Shown here: positions 1 to 13,785 of the stretch, piece by piece
Layout: every line of letters starts with the position of its first letter
How positions within the stretch are numbered: the first letter of the stretch is position 1
NCBI GenBank assembly: GCA_951406725.2
Contig: OX597818.1
Span: 73,036,001-73,100,000, forward strand
Direction: 5' to 3'
DNA length: 64,000 bases
Source: Octopus vulgaris
Taxonomy: Eukaryota
Position numbers and translations under genes: made by a program
The notes under the pieces: model-generated
Seen by the model: the letters and a program-made list of their open reading frames with translations, nothing else
Told to the model about the DNA's origin: nothing
Database searches by the model: none

Positions 1-304
1 TAGTGACTGGTATGTGGTGTGTTTCTTATTCTAGTGTTATTTTGTGCTGTTATGGGGTGGTTATGTCTGGTATTGGTACGTTGTTGGTGTGTTCTCTTCT
101 TGGTGTAATCTATTTCATAAATGCATTGACTGTCAGCTTCTTCCCTGTTAAGTCTTGCGTGGTTCAGAAATAACCAGAGGAAATTTTTGCTGTTACGTTT
201 ACTTTTCGATAGAGAGGCGGGACAGACAGGCAGGGGGAGTGAAAGAGTGAGCGGGGGAGAAAGTGGTGATAGAAAGTGTGAGTGTGTGTGTGAATGTGTG
301 ACAT

Positions 305-981
<677 letters not shown>

Positions 982-1000
982 GCACACATTTGTATACTTA

Positions 1001-1970
1001 TCTATACATACATGTAAAGATATGTGAAAACTGTAAATCGGAGACGGGATTTTTATCTGTATATCTTATGAAACAAATTTTGAAATTGAAATAAAATGCT
1101 ACTCAAAATCTGGAGTGTTTTTTTTTTATCTCTGGTACCACTGACTTGCCGGATGCGCACATCCTGAAACAACGTGCGGTCGTCATGGTAACAAGCTGTT
1201 AATGACTTGCTGTCTGTTGATGGGCTAGAATTACCCAAATTTTCAGACTTTAATTCCAAATAACAATCAGATTCTTAATTTACGAAATAACGTAATTACC
1301 TGAGAATAATCAAAATTTAGAACTGCATCAATACACCAAAATTGAAAACAATCTGAGCAAAACTAAAGGGTTGTGATTTTGTGAGTGAAACATAGATGAT
1401 CCGAATTGCCTATAGCAGTCCATTTTTATCAATTTTTTTCTTCGTGTTTTGTATACATGTTATCTTGTACTTCTTTTGTTCTTATAAGCTGCATTCATCA
1501 TGAAACGGCGACAACATCGGGAAGCTGCTCGCGCGAGTATGAGGCTGTAGAGGCAGAGGATAATGGAAGAGATAATATGAGGGAAAGGAACAGCGTGCAC
1601 AGTACCACGAGTAGCAGAGACACTTATCTCAGCAAAGGGAGAAAATATGAATGAGGAACAGTGTGCACAGTACCACGAGCAGCAGAGAAACTTACTTCAA
1701 CAAAGAGCAGAGAAAAAAATCAACATGATAGGGTTATTAATCAGCAAAGCCAAAGGGTAAGATATCGAGAAAGAGTTCAAAATATGAATGCTGCCGAAAT
1801 TTAAGGAGACATCAGATGCAGCGGCAGCGTGTGAGAAGACATAGGCCAGAGCTAAACAGAGCTATTGTTAATGAATTTGAACAATTTAACATAGGAGAAA
1901 TGAACATTTTATGTGAATACTGTGGTGCACCTAAGTTTAGAAATGAAACTAACAGAATTAAAGTGAAAGA
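1001..1970 (+). mobile_element. Helitron remnant (N-terminal repeat and Zn-finger region of RepHel, decayed)
   Basis: Possible A|TCTATAC 5' end at 1001. Roughly 70-bp coding-like repeat (EEQxAQYHEQQR) at about 1574 and 1645. FNIGEMNILCEYCGAPKFRNET at about 1885-1950 resembles the Helitron CxxCGAxKF motif. 3' end not found. Confidence 0.55.
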
Positions 1971-3790
1971 ATAAATGTGAAACTATTACATCACATTACA
2001 ATATACGTGTTATTGTTTCACTTGTGTGACGTAATACCTAAGCATTCTAAGAGATTGCTCTTGGGCCACATTTGGCAAGGATTTGAAAATTGTTTGCATA
2101 ATCGTTCGATGAACTTTCCCTGTTTGTTACCTAACAAAAGCATGATTTACTGAGGTTTCACAAATATTTATTGTCAGAAACTACATAAGCCCACTGTATT
2201 GCGTATCTTCCTCTCTGACTCTCTGTCCCATTCTGTGAGTCCCTCTCTTTATGTGTTTATATCTGTCTATCAATTCATTTCTTTACCCAACTCTTTTATT
2301 GTATATGTGTGTGTGTGTGTGCTTATCTGCGTGTCTATTCTTCTGTATGAATTTTTTTAAACCCCAGAACCAATTGACAATCAGTGATGGTTTGTTTCCA
2401 TCCCTATAATATAGCGGGTCTATAGATAGAAAAATGAGTAAGTTAGACTTTTGAATAATTATTTAACGCGCTGTCATCTTGTTTCGGATAATTATCAGAA
2501 TTGATCATGCTCTGAAATGAAATAAAAGCATTAAATTCATAAAAAACTATGCAAAATTCTTCTTCTTAATATATAAAATCTGTACACTACTTCAAGCCAT
2601 CTACACACGCACACACGCACACGCATACAACATGTACAGGGAAATATGGCTTCAAGTTTTCGATGAAACATGTATTTCATTGTACAAACAGATAAGAGAT
2701 ACAGAGATACGACGATAAGCACGCGTTTGGCAAGTTACTCACATGCATTCTAAAAGCAATTTGATACAAGCTATTGCCTTCACTGTGTTTTCTGAAAAAT
2801 GATAAAACCTCTAACTGGGTTTCCTGATATCATGACAAGGAATCAGCAGGTATGAAATTAATGTGGACACCTCTGTTTCTTATTCTCAGGACATATTATA
2901 TCGGAATATCTTTTATGCAGTATCGTATAACAAACAATGATATCAGTATGTTTTTTTTTTGTAAGCCCCACCTTTTTGTTCATGTTTATTATTTTTAATA
3001 ATTAAAAACTGCAGAATAAGAAACATGTTTCAAAGGTGGGAACAAAGGAATCTGTTCCAAATGTAAGAAGGAAAAAAAAAAGTAAGTCAAAATATTACCT
3101 GCGTATATAAAAAAGGCGGGAAAAGAAATTTAAATGGAAGAAAATTTCTTTTATGTTAATATGATGGCGAGGAACGCAGGGAAAACGTGGTAGAGAGTAA
3201 TTGGAAAACAAGTGAAGTCATTTAATAGGCTTGCAGAGAAGATGAAGGTGAATGTTATATGGAAAATAAACGACTAGTATGGAAGAGGTATTTTCATCCG
3301 ACAGTATGAATCGGCGAGAAATCTTTCATATTTCTTTTTGTTTTTTGTCTTGTCTTCCAAACAACAGATGAAACATTTATTAATCAAAAGAATAATAACA
3401 AAAATGATATAAAATAAATACATAAAATGAAAATAAAACCGAAAAGGCATTTGACAAGAAGTAGAAGAATAAAAGAATAAAAGAAAATGAGATGAACGCC
3501 TTATTGTAAATATTGATAAAATCAAGCCTATTGGGTAAAATTTACGTTAACCTGCCATCACTTTTACATGGATAACACATTGGTATATAACCTTGCTTTA
3601 TAGATTTTTATTTTGAAAGAAAAACCGCTTTAGAATAATTCATTTTGTGTAGGACAGTATAGTATAATAGCATATAATCGAATCTATCTTAAAAAGACTG
3701 CTGGCATTAATATTGACATGTATCGAAATAGCTCTTATCACTTTTCCTCAATACTGTTTCCTATCAATACAGTTCGTTAAGTATAGATGC

Positions 3791-3847
<57 letters not shown>

Positions 3848-3912
3848 ATAGGATGAAAGTGAAATAGATATGTGTGTGTGCGTGTGTGCGCGCACAAACA
3901 TATATATCTATG

Positions 3913-3913
<1 letters not shown>

Positions 3914-4001
<88 letters not shown>
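3914..4001. repeat. (CTA)n microsatellite
   Basis: Perfect trinucleotide run. Confidence 0.95.
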
Positions 4002-4002
<1 letters not shown>

Positions 4003-4113
4003 GTTCTTTTACATCCTTTATTTCATTGAAGTTACATGGTTTGTCAAGGACTTCACACGATAGATTTTGAAAGGGCCAACTGAATTTTTTATCGTATATA
4101 ATTTGTTTTATTA

Positions 4114-4149
<36 letters not shown>

Positions 4150-4466
4150 AGAGAGAGAGAGAGAGGGAGAGAGAAAGAGAGATAGTTAGATAGATACATA
4201 GATACATAGAGCGAGTGAGAGAGAGGGAGCGACGGAGGGAGAGAAAGATAGATAAAGATATATCCGTTTTCATATTTTCTATTTTCCTCTACACATATCC
4301 TTTGTAATACTAAATACATTCCTTCAGCAATTTATTACATTTGCTCAGGTAGATATCCACCCTGCCCCGCTAACATACTTTTATTGGATATCTTTAGCTC
4401 TAAACTGCACATCGACTAATTTGCACCTAAAAGCCACTTCAGCAACAACAACAAAACGGTAACAAT

Positions 4467-4515
<49 letters not shown>

Positions 4516-4701
4516 GCCGCAGCAGCAACTACAAGGACTGCGGAAAAGAATAGGACTAAAAGTGATATTCACAAACAAATATAAAATTACATCTCATCCA
4601 CTACCTTCTAACCGAGTTTGTATTGCCAATATATCTCTTGAAAATATGCATGATTGCGTACATGGCTTAGTTGCATATATCATTCTGAAAACCGATTTGT
4701 T

Positions 4702-4736
<35 letters not shown>

Positions 4737-5151
4737 AGCAGCTGCATCAGCAGCAGTAGTAATAGTAGTAGTCGCAGTAGTACCAGCAGCAGCAGCAACA
4801 GTAGTAGTAATGATAATAAAATATTTGCAACAAATTACCTATTTTCGCTCAGGTAATATCTTCAATTCAAACTTCGATCTCTCGCATTTCTATAATGCAA
4901 ATCATGTATTCTTATCGATTGTAGAATAGGAACAATCTTCAAAATCGATTTTAGCAGGAATTGAACCACAGTCCTCAAATAACTGATGTTGCAGAAAAAA
5001 TTTGGAGTACCAGTGGGAATAATGTAATATATAATATTGTTTGTTATAATATTATTACAGGTATATGTAGCGCAACAGTGAGAGAAAAAGGGTACACTAA
5101 AATTATATAACGAAGGTCAAACACAATGGAGAATATACCAATAGTAAATAT

Positions 5152-5193
<42 letters not shown>

Positions 5194-5234
5194 CTTGCCG
5201 CTATTAGACATAATAACACGATAGTTATCCAAAA

Positions 5235-6193
5235 TGTGACGCCCCAAAAATATTTAAGAAGCAAGATGAAGGACAACGAAAAAACAATTGGAAAATGAAA
5301 ACAATACATGGACAGTACATCAGAGAAATCGAAGGAGAATGCAAGGCCAACACCTGAAGTTGGCTACGAAAAAGTGATCTGAATGAATGCACTGAGGCAT
5401 TGGTATCCATCGTCAGAAACATGCCCTGAGGACTAATTACACGAAGTTCCAAATAAATAAGAGCAGTGAATCGCCCCTTTGCAGGATGTGTGGCTGCCAA
5501 AGTGAAACAATTTCACATATTGTGAGTGGAGGTAGCAAGCTGTGCCAAAAGCACTATAAAAGGAGGCATGACTACGTGGCAAAGTCTATTCACTGGACAC
5601 GATGAAACGTACAGTCTCAGCACAGTACGGAACGGGTACAAAAATGAACCAGAGGGTGTTTGAGAACAATGAATATAAGATACTGTGCGAGTTCACAATT
5701 CAGTGTGAATCCATAATCGATGCTCTAAGACTAGTCATTGTCGTGGTTGATAAAAGAAACAAGGAAATCAAGATCATAGATATTGCCATACCTGGGGGTG
5801 CACGCGTAGATGACAGAGTTGAAAAAGATACATACAGACTGCTAAGAACGAAATTGCAAGAATGTAGGCAATGAGGAGAATAACTACTACCCTAGTAGTT
5901 GTAGGGTCACTCAGAGCACTAACAACCAGGTTCGAGAAATATGTCGGAGAAATTGGAATTGACATGAGGGCAGCGCAGGGCCCCAAAACTGATCTATGGA
6001 GGCAGTTAGGATTTTGATGGTGGTGCTTCATTGTTGAGAGTCTTATACGATAAGTTATCATTCAGGTACCAAAGCTTATAATTTGTGGAAAGAGGACTGT
6101 GAGTCCTCTGATAAGATGTTGATGTGGTCTCTCACACTAACAACTAGAGCAAGTAAAATCTGGATCTCTGAGAAGTAAAATAATAACAATAAT
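5235..6193 (+). mobile_element. R4/Dong-type (restriction-like endonuclease) LINE 3' fragment, decayed
   Basis: Translates with breaks to WKMKTIHGQY...SWLRKSDL...CRMCGCQSETISHIVSG...YKRRHDYVAKSIHW (zinc knuckle, RHD motif), then IVVVDKRNKEIKIIDIAIP (RLE). Ends in a (TAA)-like tail. Confidence 0.85.
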
Positions 6194-6212
6194 GCTAAAA
6201 TATATATCTTTC

Positions 6213-6430
6213 AGTGCGAATGGTTTTGTTATGCGGCACCGTGTTTTGAAATCCTGTAAATAATAATAATGGTATTTATATAAGCTTAAAGCTTATGGCA
6301 GCCATTGTACAATGACTAAGGAAAATATTCTAATAAAGGAGCATATAAGCCCTCAACAGAGAAAAAGATGGGCTTTCGTATCCGCGTACGATTCGAATAC
6401 ACATCTCTTTGTTAACGTGACTATGTGTTA
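6213..6430 (-). mobile_element. tRNA-headed SINE-like element, inverted relative of 7803-8168
   Basis: Reverse complement aligns to 7803-7915 and 8010-8168. Confidence 0.65.
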
Positions 6431-7742
6431 AGTTAAGTTAATTCTTTGGCTCAAAAGGCAAAAAGCAAGGCCATGTAGGGGGACATGGAGTTATGTACAG
6501 GGAGGGTGTTCATGCAAAGAGTTCAGGCCATTTATGGTCAAGAGAGACTTTGAACCGAGCGGTCGTTGGCATCTTCACTATCTCGTCCGGCAGCTTATTC
6601 CACGGATCCGCAACCCGGACGGAAAAAGTCCCTCTCCTTTGATTGAGGTGAAATCGTCGCAGATAGAGCTTTTCGGAGTGACCCCACAGCCGACGCTCTG
6701 GAGCAGGAGTGAGGAACAGCTCTTTCGGGAGGTTACACTTTCCGCTTATGATGTTGTGAGCGAGAATGAGATCACCACGGCGTCGTTGTTTTTCTATAGA
6801 ATAAAGGTCGAGCGTCTTCAGCCTTTCTTCATAAGACAAATGCTTGAGACCAAGAACCATGCGGGTAGCCAGCTTCTGGACTCTTTCGAGATGCTGTATG
6901 TCTTTGAGGAGATAAAGAGAAGAGGTTTGAATCCCGTACTTCAATATGGGTCTCACCAGCGTGACATAGAGCGGTAGGAATATGGCTGCTGTGAGCGTTC
7001 CGAATGACCATCGAATCAAAAACAGAACTCCGCGTGCTTTGTTGGCAGCATGGACGCACTGGGACAAAGGTGAAAAGGAAGAATCCACCAAGATACCTAG
7101 GTCCTTTACCTGGTCGGTCCTCTCCAGCAGCAGACAACCCGGCACGAAATCAAGTTGAGTTGCAGGAGAGGAGCCAACAGGCAGATGACAGCACTTTGAC
7201 ACGTTCAGACACAGGTCCATAGACCATCTTCAAACTTGGTGGAGTCATCGACGAAGATCGTCTATATTACCGCGAGGAGCGACCAGTTTGACATCATCGG
7301 CAAATAGAAGGGTGTGTTGCGTGAGGTCGTCGGGCAAGTCATTTATGAAGACTAAAAACAATAAGGGCCCAAGCACTAAACCTTGAGGCACGACACTGCT
7401 AGCACTGGAGACGTCGGACAGCGAACTATTAACTTGGACTTGGAAGGAGTGATCTGAGAGGAAGGCACCAACCCATCGTACAATATCCGGATGGAAACTA
7501 TATGCTTGAATCTTGACAAGTAATAGGCGGTATTTAACCGAGTCAAAAGCTTTGGCAAAGTCCAATAAAACGATGTCAACAGCATCACCCTCATCCAGGA
7601 TACGCATCACCAATTCTTCCATTACCAGTAAGTTGGTCAAGCATGATCTCTTCGGCACGAAGCCGTGTTGGTAATCAGAGATAGAGGCTGTGTTTTGGAG
7701 GTGTAGCCACATACTTTTCTTAAGGATGGTTTTGAACATACT
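6428..7742 (-). mobile_element. CR1-group LINE, 5'-truncated RT region with frameshift/stop
   Basis: QHGFVPKRSCLTNLL, LDFAKAFDSV, VPQGLVLGPLLF, LFADDVKL, KDLGILVD, LERVQKLATRMV, RRRGDLI. (AACTT)n-type tail at 6428-6443. Confidence 0.92.
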
Positions 7743-7802
7743 AGCGAATTAGCCTACCGGTCGATGTCAAATTCAAGAACTATTTATTTTATGTAAATAA
7801 AC

Positions 7803-8163
7803 TTCCTTAGTCATTGCACGGTGATCGCCATATGCTTTAAGCTTATATAAATAACCTTATTATTACTGACAAGATTGTAAAACACGGTGCCGTATAACAA
7901 AACCATTCGCAACGAAAGCACATAGAAAGTTTGTTTGCATAAAACAAATACGTTCTAATATAGTTCTTAAATTTGACGTCATTAGGGAGGCTAATTTGCT
8001 GGTGTAAATGTAGCACACTTAATCGCGTTAACAAAGGGATGTGAATTCGAGTCCCACGCGAATAAGAAAGCTTTCTTTTTCTTTCTGTCGAGGGATTATA
8101 TGCCCCTTTATTAGGGCATTTTCTTTAGTGATTGCACGGTGATCGCTTTAGCTTATATAAATA

Positions 8164-8168
<5 letters not shown>
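7803..8168 (+). mobile_element. tRNA-headed SINE-like element with partial tandem (permuted) structure
   Basis: A-box-like tggtgtaaatgtag and B-box-like attcgagtccc at about 8000-8056. Block tagt(c/g)attgcacggtgatcgc...agcttatataaata occurs at both 7808 and 8126. Confidence 0.55.
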
Positions 8169-8208
<40 letters not shown>

Positions 8209-8409
8209 TGTGTGTGTAATTTTTTTAGAGTAATGCGAATATCTCAGTCTGGGCTTCGGTTGGGGTATATTTAATCTGGATCTACTTGAAGAATTCCACA
8301 GTAATAGTTGAAACAATAATAAGTAATGAAGGAAAGAGAAGACAAATTTTGTATTAGTCTTTATCCTAGAATCAGATATATCTTCCGCTTCTCTCATTAA
8401 TTATTAATA

Positions 8410-8840
8410 TATCTCCCTTGCTCACGTGGCTCCAACTTGACCGTTGGCCATCTTTCTTTCTTTCTCTCCGTTGTAGCTAGAACAAGGAAGACTTGTTCTT
8501 GTTTATCTCTTGCCCTAGCTTAATTCACGCGTTTGCCATCACAGCCATGTTTGTTTTTATCTTCCTGTTTGTGTTAACTATTTTGGCCATCGGTAAAATC
8601 CCAAATTTTATTTATTTTCCTTTGCGGGAGCAACTGTTTTATCGAGAGCGTATTGTTGTTAAATACTCGAAATACGAGACTAGAAAACCGCTAACAACTG
8701 ATGAAGGGCCATTCTTTATGTTGTCTGTTTTGTATTTCTTTTGTGTCTTTCGTCGTTCGAAAGAATAGTTCATGTTCCATGTACCCGTGTTTCGTATTTT
8801 TGGATGGACACGTTTCTTGACGTCCTGTGCCCACATATGC
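8410..8840 (+). mobile_element. Short non-coding element carrying a rearranged hammerhead motif (family with 53612-54000)
   Basis: Shares aaaatcccaaattttattt...ctttgcggga and the 3' end cgttt...gtcct(g/a)t(g/a)ccca(c/t)atatgc with the minus strand of 53612-53870. Ends in (TA)n. Confidence 0.7.
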
Positions 8841-8865
8841 ATATATATATCATGTTTTTATTTTG

Positions 8866-8953
<88 letters not shown>

Positions 8954-9173
8954 GTGCGTGTGTATCTATATGTGCGTATGTGTATGTATGTATATATGCA
9001 TGTATTATGTGGCTTGTAAAATTTGAGGAATTAGCGAAGTCTCCAATGGCGAAGTCTCCGGAGTAGCGTTTGTATATATATGTAAATAAGAATATACGGT
9101 GGTGGTGGTAGGGAATGATATCATCATGAGTAAAGGTTGTATTCCTTGCAAATGAGCATCGGCCACCCGGGAC

Positions 9174-9356
<183 letters not shown>

Positions 9357-10174
9357 TTGAAGTTAAAAAGAATATTAAAAAGAGAAAAATAAGGATTCTC
9401 TTGATGACTTGGAAAGAAAAGAGAAACTAATCCATAGAAATGCGAAACGGCCGCCTACCTACAGATTATTAACCAATAAAATGAGACGCGAAACTAAACC
9501 ATAGAAACAATGTTGGTTATGAAACACGAGAAATACGTAAGGGGACGAATAATGATATATAATTGGATAGTTTCAAAACAACAATAACGTGGAGCAGTAA
9601 TGAATAAACGTCGATGGCAGATCTCTCAATGGACCAACAGAAGAACTGCACCATAGCATGGACAATATTTCATGATGATACTTTTGAAAGTACATTAACA
9701 ATGACATACAACAAAGCGATGTGAGCATCAATGTCAGCGGAATAAACCAGCTAATCAATACACAACCTGAAAACATTTCGTATAAAAACAACTACTAACC
9801 ACAGACAATTAACGAATAGAACCAACATACACAGAATGAAGGAAAATAATGGGAAGATCTTCCAATTCTTAAAATGAGATCGACAATGAATAAAAGGAAA
9901 TATAAACAACTATACATAATTGAATAAAAGACAAACGACAAAGCAATATAAACTACTTTCAAAAAAAGAATTGAAATAGCTGATATGAAGGAGGCTCTCA
10001 GAAAACATACATTCATTAAATCACCAATAATCTGTCTTTAGGAAGACGGACAATTTTTTTTTTTTTTTGCTTTATGAGAAAACAAATATTTCGAATCCTT
10101 CACAAAACGACGTCAGCGAAATCTAGGCAACGCTACATAGACATATATGCTACGCTGTATATATGGTAAGATAA

Positions 10175-10984
10175 TCTCTCTATATATAAACGGCAGTTTG
10201 TCTGTCTGTCTGTGTGTCTGTGTGTCTGTCAGGTTGTACCCTCACCCTGACCACGGCTTTCAAGCGATTCTGATGAAACTTAACACACACATAGCCCAAT
10301 GTCATAATTCAAAACTAACGCAGAGAAAATTTTGAAAAGTTCACCCAGTTCTGAAACGAAATCGATAAATTCGACATGGGTTGAGAATCTAAGCTTTTTA
10401 TATGCAACACATTTTCTACAGACTGTCTAGGGGACGCAACTCGACCTTTTAACTCTCGGAACACGTGGGGTAAGTATCCCAAAATGTATAAAAATGTACA
10501 AAAACGGCAAAAAAGCGGGCAGCAATGTGAGTGACAACAACGAAAAAGTCAAAAGTGACCAAACTGAACAAACGAATGGAAAAGGTTTTTTGGTGCACAC
10601 GACAAAAGCGGTTTATAATAAACCAAGAGTTTGCAAGTAGCGTCCGAGGACCCTTAGGGTACGTAAAAAAATTAAGGTAAAACGTTTGGGGTGGTAGTTA
10701 TAAAGAAAGTGTAAACAAAAAAAGTATTCGAATAACTTGCGGCTGCAGCAGCTATTAGCAGAAGTGGCGGTGTTGGGGGTAAAGTCTCGAATGTAATTTC
10801 TTCCTGGTAGGAATTGGTTGGGTTGAACTATCGATAGCTGTTTGATAGTTATTTGGGAGTGAAGAGAAGACATTGCAACCTACACATGCGCCTTCGTTCC
10901 CTAGAGGGAAAGGACTAGATTGGGAATAGTCGTTGCCTACTAGGGGCTCTTACATATACGGGCAACGCCGGGCTATGCTGCTAG
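10175..10984 (+). mobile_element. Non-autonomous Helitron
   Basis: 5' TC (a|tctctctatatataaa) followed by (GTCT)n. 3' GC-rich hairpin cgggcaacgccggg then CTAG. Inserted between A and T with no TSD. Confidence 0.85.
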
Positions 10985-11374
10985 TCTACATAGAAACGGA
11001 AATGGTCAGTGAAGTTAATATGCATTCGTAAATACATGCATACACACATACCTCACAACCTCACCCATATATATATATATATCTATGTATGTATGTATGT
11101 TTGTATGTATGCATGAATGTATACACACACACATACACACACACATATATATATAATCCAATAAAAGATGCGTTAAAGAATTTTCTTTGTTTTTTTCTTT
11201 TCATTGGTATATTTACTTTTGGCCAAACCCTATGACGGTATGATCGTCGTGAAACTTGGAATTTTTACACCACAAGTATTCTGGCGTTGGCTTGGATACC
11301 GACAGTTTTGATAGCTTAGTATTCCTGTTGAGTACTTTTCTTGAAGTACTTCCAACTGACTTTGTACATGTATA

Positions 11375-11693
11375 TCAGGTCAAACCATATGTTCTGTCCG
11401 AATTTACCATTTTCAAAATTAAATGAAATTTAATAGGAATTTAGAATGTCTAATGGAATCAAAAATTATTTTTATGCATTTTTGTACATTTAAACTAATT
11501 AAATATTATTTTACAGAATAACAGAAGTAAAATTTCTTTGATTCAAACACTTTTCTAACATGGAAGTATCCAAAGAGCATTTGAGGCATATAATGCTTTA
11601 TGAGTACAAAAAAGTAAACTCGAAACATACACTCAGTTTATGGGAAAGAATGCTTGAATGAATAAACTTGCAAAAATTGGTTTACAAAATTTG
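11375..11693 (+). mobile_element. mariner 5' fragment
   Basis: TA-preceded end. ATG at 11560 gives MEVSKEHLRHIMLYEYKK, later CKNWFTKF (mariner HTH region). Confidence 0.7.
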
Positions 11694-12155
11694 TACTACC
11701 CCTTCCTCTATGTATGAATAGAAAAATTGTTTGTTTGTCTCCATTGAACCAAGAAAAGAAACCCCCTCCCCACTGATAAATCTAAATAACAAAGTGAACT
11801 GAGTGATAACAAATCTACAGGTGGAGAAGGACATTCTACTACCATGTTCTTAATGATGAAATTAACCACTCTGTCTATATATCTACCCTCTTTGTAATGT
11901 TGGCAAATGAAATAAATATAAAAATGCATTGTTCATTTAATTAAAAAATTCAATATGCGGATGAAGATTGCTCGACATTTTAAAACTGATGTAATACAGT
12001 GTTTAATAAAATGAAGTAGCATGAAACGATTGTACTACACTACCTTGGATATCCTTGTTGCTTATTTTGATTATAATCACCCCATTTGATTTATATGGAT
12101 AAGAATATTAGTTCATCATTGAAACATATAGGTATATATATATATATATACATGC

Positions 12156-12207
<52 letters not shown>

Positions 12208-12229
12208 GCATATATGTATGTGTATATGC

Positions 12230-12268
<39 letters not shown>

Positions 12269-12373
12269 TGTGTGGTGTGTGTTTGTTTGTCTCTGTATAC
12301 ATATGTATATACAAAGTATGTACAATTGTATGTCAATATGTATGCATTCATGTAATAATATATATAATATATG

Positions 12374-12408
<35 letters not shown>

Positions 12409-12801
12409 ATAATATTAATATGTATATAACAGTTTGACACGAATCCACAAAGCTTACAGTTTTCCTGGGCTTATTAAGCCAACGTAGCTCGTTGGACTAT
12501 ACAACTGAAGTTTTTGCATATGGCTACTGCAGAAAGGATGTCTTGCTGTCCTGAGAACGAAATGAGAATTGCTTGCGATAACAGAAGCCTATCTACGCGT
12601 GCCAGTGGATATACCTCCTACATGCATGCGTATTGATGAATCTGGTGTATATGCATGTGTGTCTTATGTATGTACGTAAGTGTCAGGTGACGTCATCGGC
12701 ACTTTGGTTCGTATTTGCATAATTGCCCCAGTTTGTGCATCTAGTGCATGTGTACATGTGTGTGTATTACCTATCTGTGTGTGCTTAGACATATCTATCT
12801 G

Positions 12802-12873
<72 letters not shown>

Positions 12874-12961
12874 GCTAGCTAGCTAGCTATTTACGATCTA
12901 TCGATTTATCTATCTATGTATTTATCTATCTATCTATTTATCTATCTACCAATATCTCTCT

Positions 12962-13012
<51 letters not shown>

Positions 13013-13034
13013 TATATATATATATAAAATTTAA

Positions 13035-13520
13035 AATGGCGGCTTATTAGCAATTAGAACCTAAAAGCAAAATGAATATAGGTAAAAATAAATGACAAAG
13101 GTTACTGACTGGCATCACTTTTGCTAAATAGAATAGTTAAACTAAATCAAAAACCACAATAGCATATACCTTAATGACTGACAAAGGTATGTAAGTCCCG
13201 AGCGTACATGGATCGCGATTTCGGATTTTGATGTAGACCATGTTGATCCTCATTAGCGGCTCTTAACACCTAGGGTTAAACTTATCTACCGCTGTCAACT
13301 TATAACAAATCCGTTGAAAACATGTTCTTAATTTTCAGAACGGTGGTTTATTATCAATTGGAACCTAAAGGCAAAAATAATAGAGATTACAACATGGTCT
13401 ACATCAAAATCTGAAATGGCCATCCTATTATGTACGCTGGGGACGTAACTCCCTTTGGCAGTCTTTAGGTTGAGTGCTTTTGTGGCTTTTGAGTTATTTT
13501 AACTCTTATTTTTAGCAAAA
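13035..13520. repeat. Element with diverged inverted arms (13119-13245 / 13390-13520) and a direct repeat (13035-13077 / 13338-13382)
   Basis: atttcggattttgatgtagaccatgttg versus caacatggtctacatcaaaatctgaaat. caatt(a/g)gaacctaaa(a/g)gcaaaa occurs twice. Confidence 0.75.
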
Positions 13521-13785
13521 CCGTTGCAGACGTTTAAAGTAAGGAACGCACACAAACTAATGTAGTGAATATTTTAGAAGTAGATGTGAAAGTGTTATTT
13601 TCACCTGAAGATCCCAGAGTATATTAGTCATGCAGAGGGTGAAATCATTTGGTATTGTAATACATGTTAGTTACTGATGTAGTTAACGCAAAGGTAAGCC
13701 TATTTCTAATGTGTTCATTGCATTGCTCGTGTGTATCGTTATTGTGAGTTGATGGTGGTTTTGGAGCCTTGACTATATATATATA

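Noticed and set aside
9430-10030. Possible RTE LINE remnant
   Set aside because: Only a weak PILKNEI-like motif, too decayed to support.
13600-13655. CTGAAGA-t-ccc...ggg-t-GAAA hammerhead candidate
   Set aside because: Stem I does not pair after any UH, and the alternative hairpin tttcacc/ggtgaaa explains the pattern.
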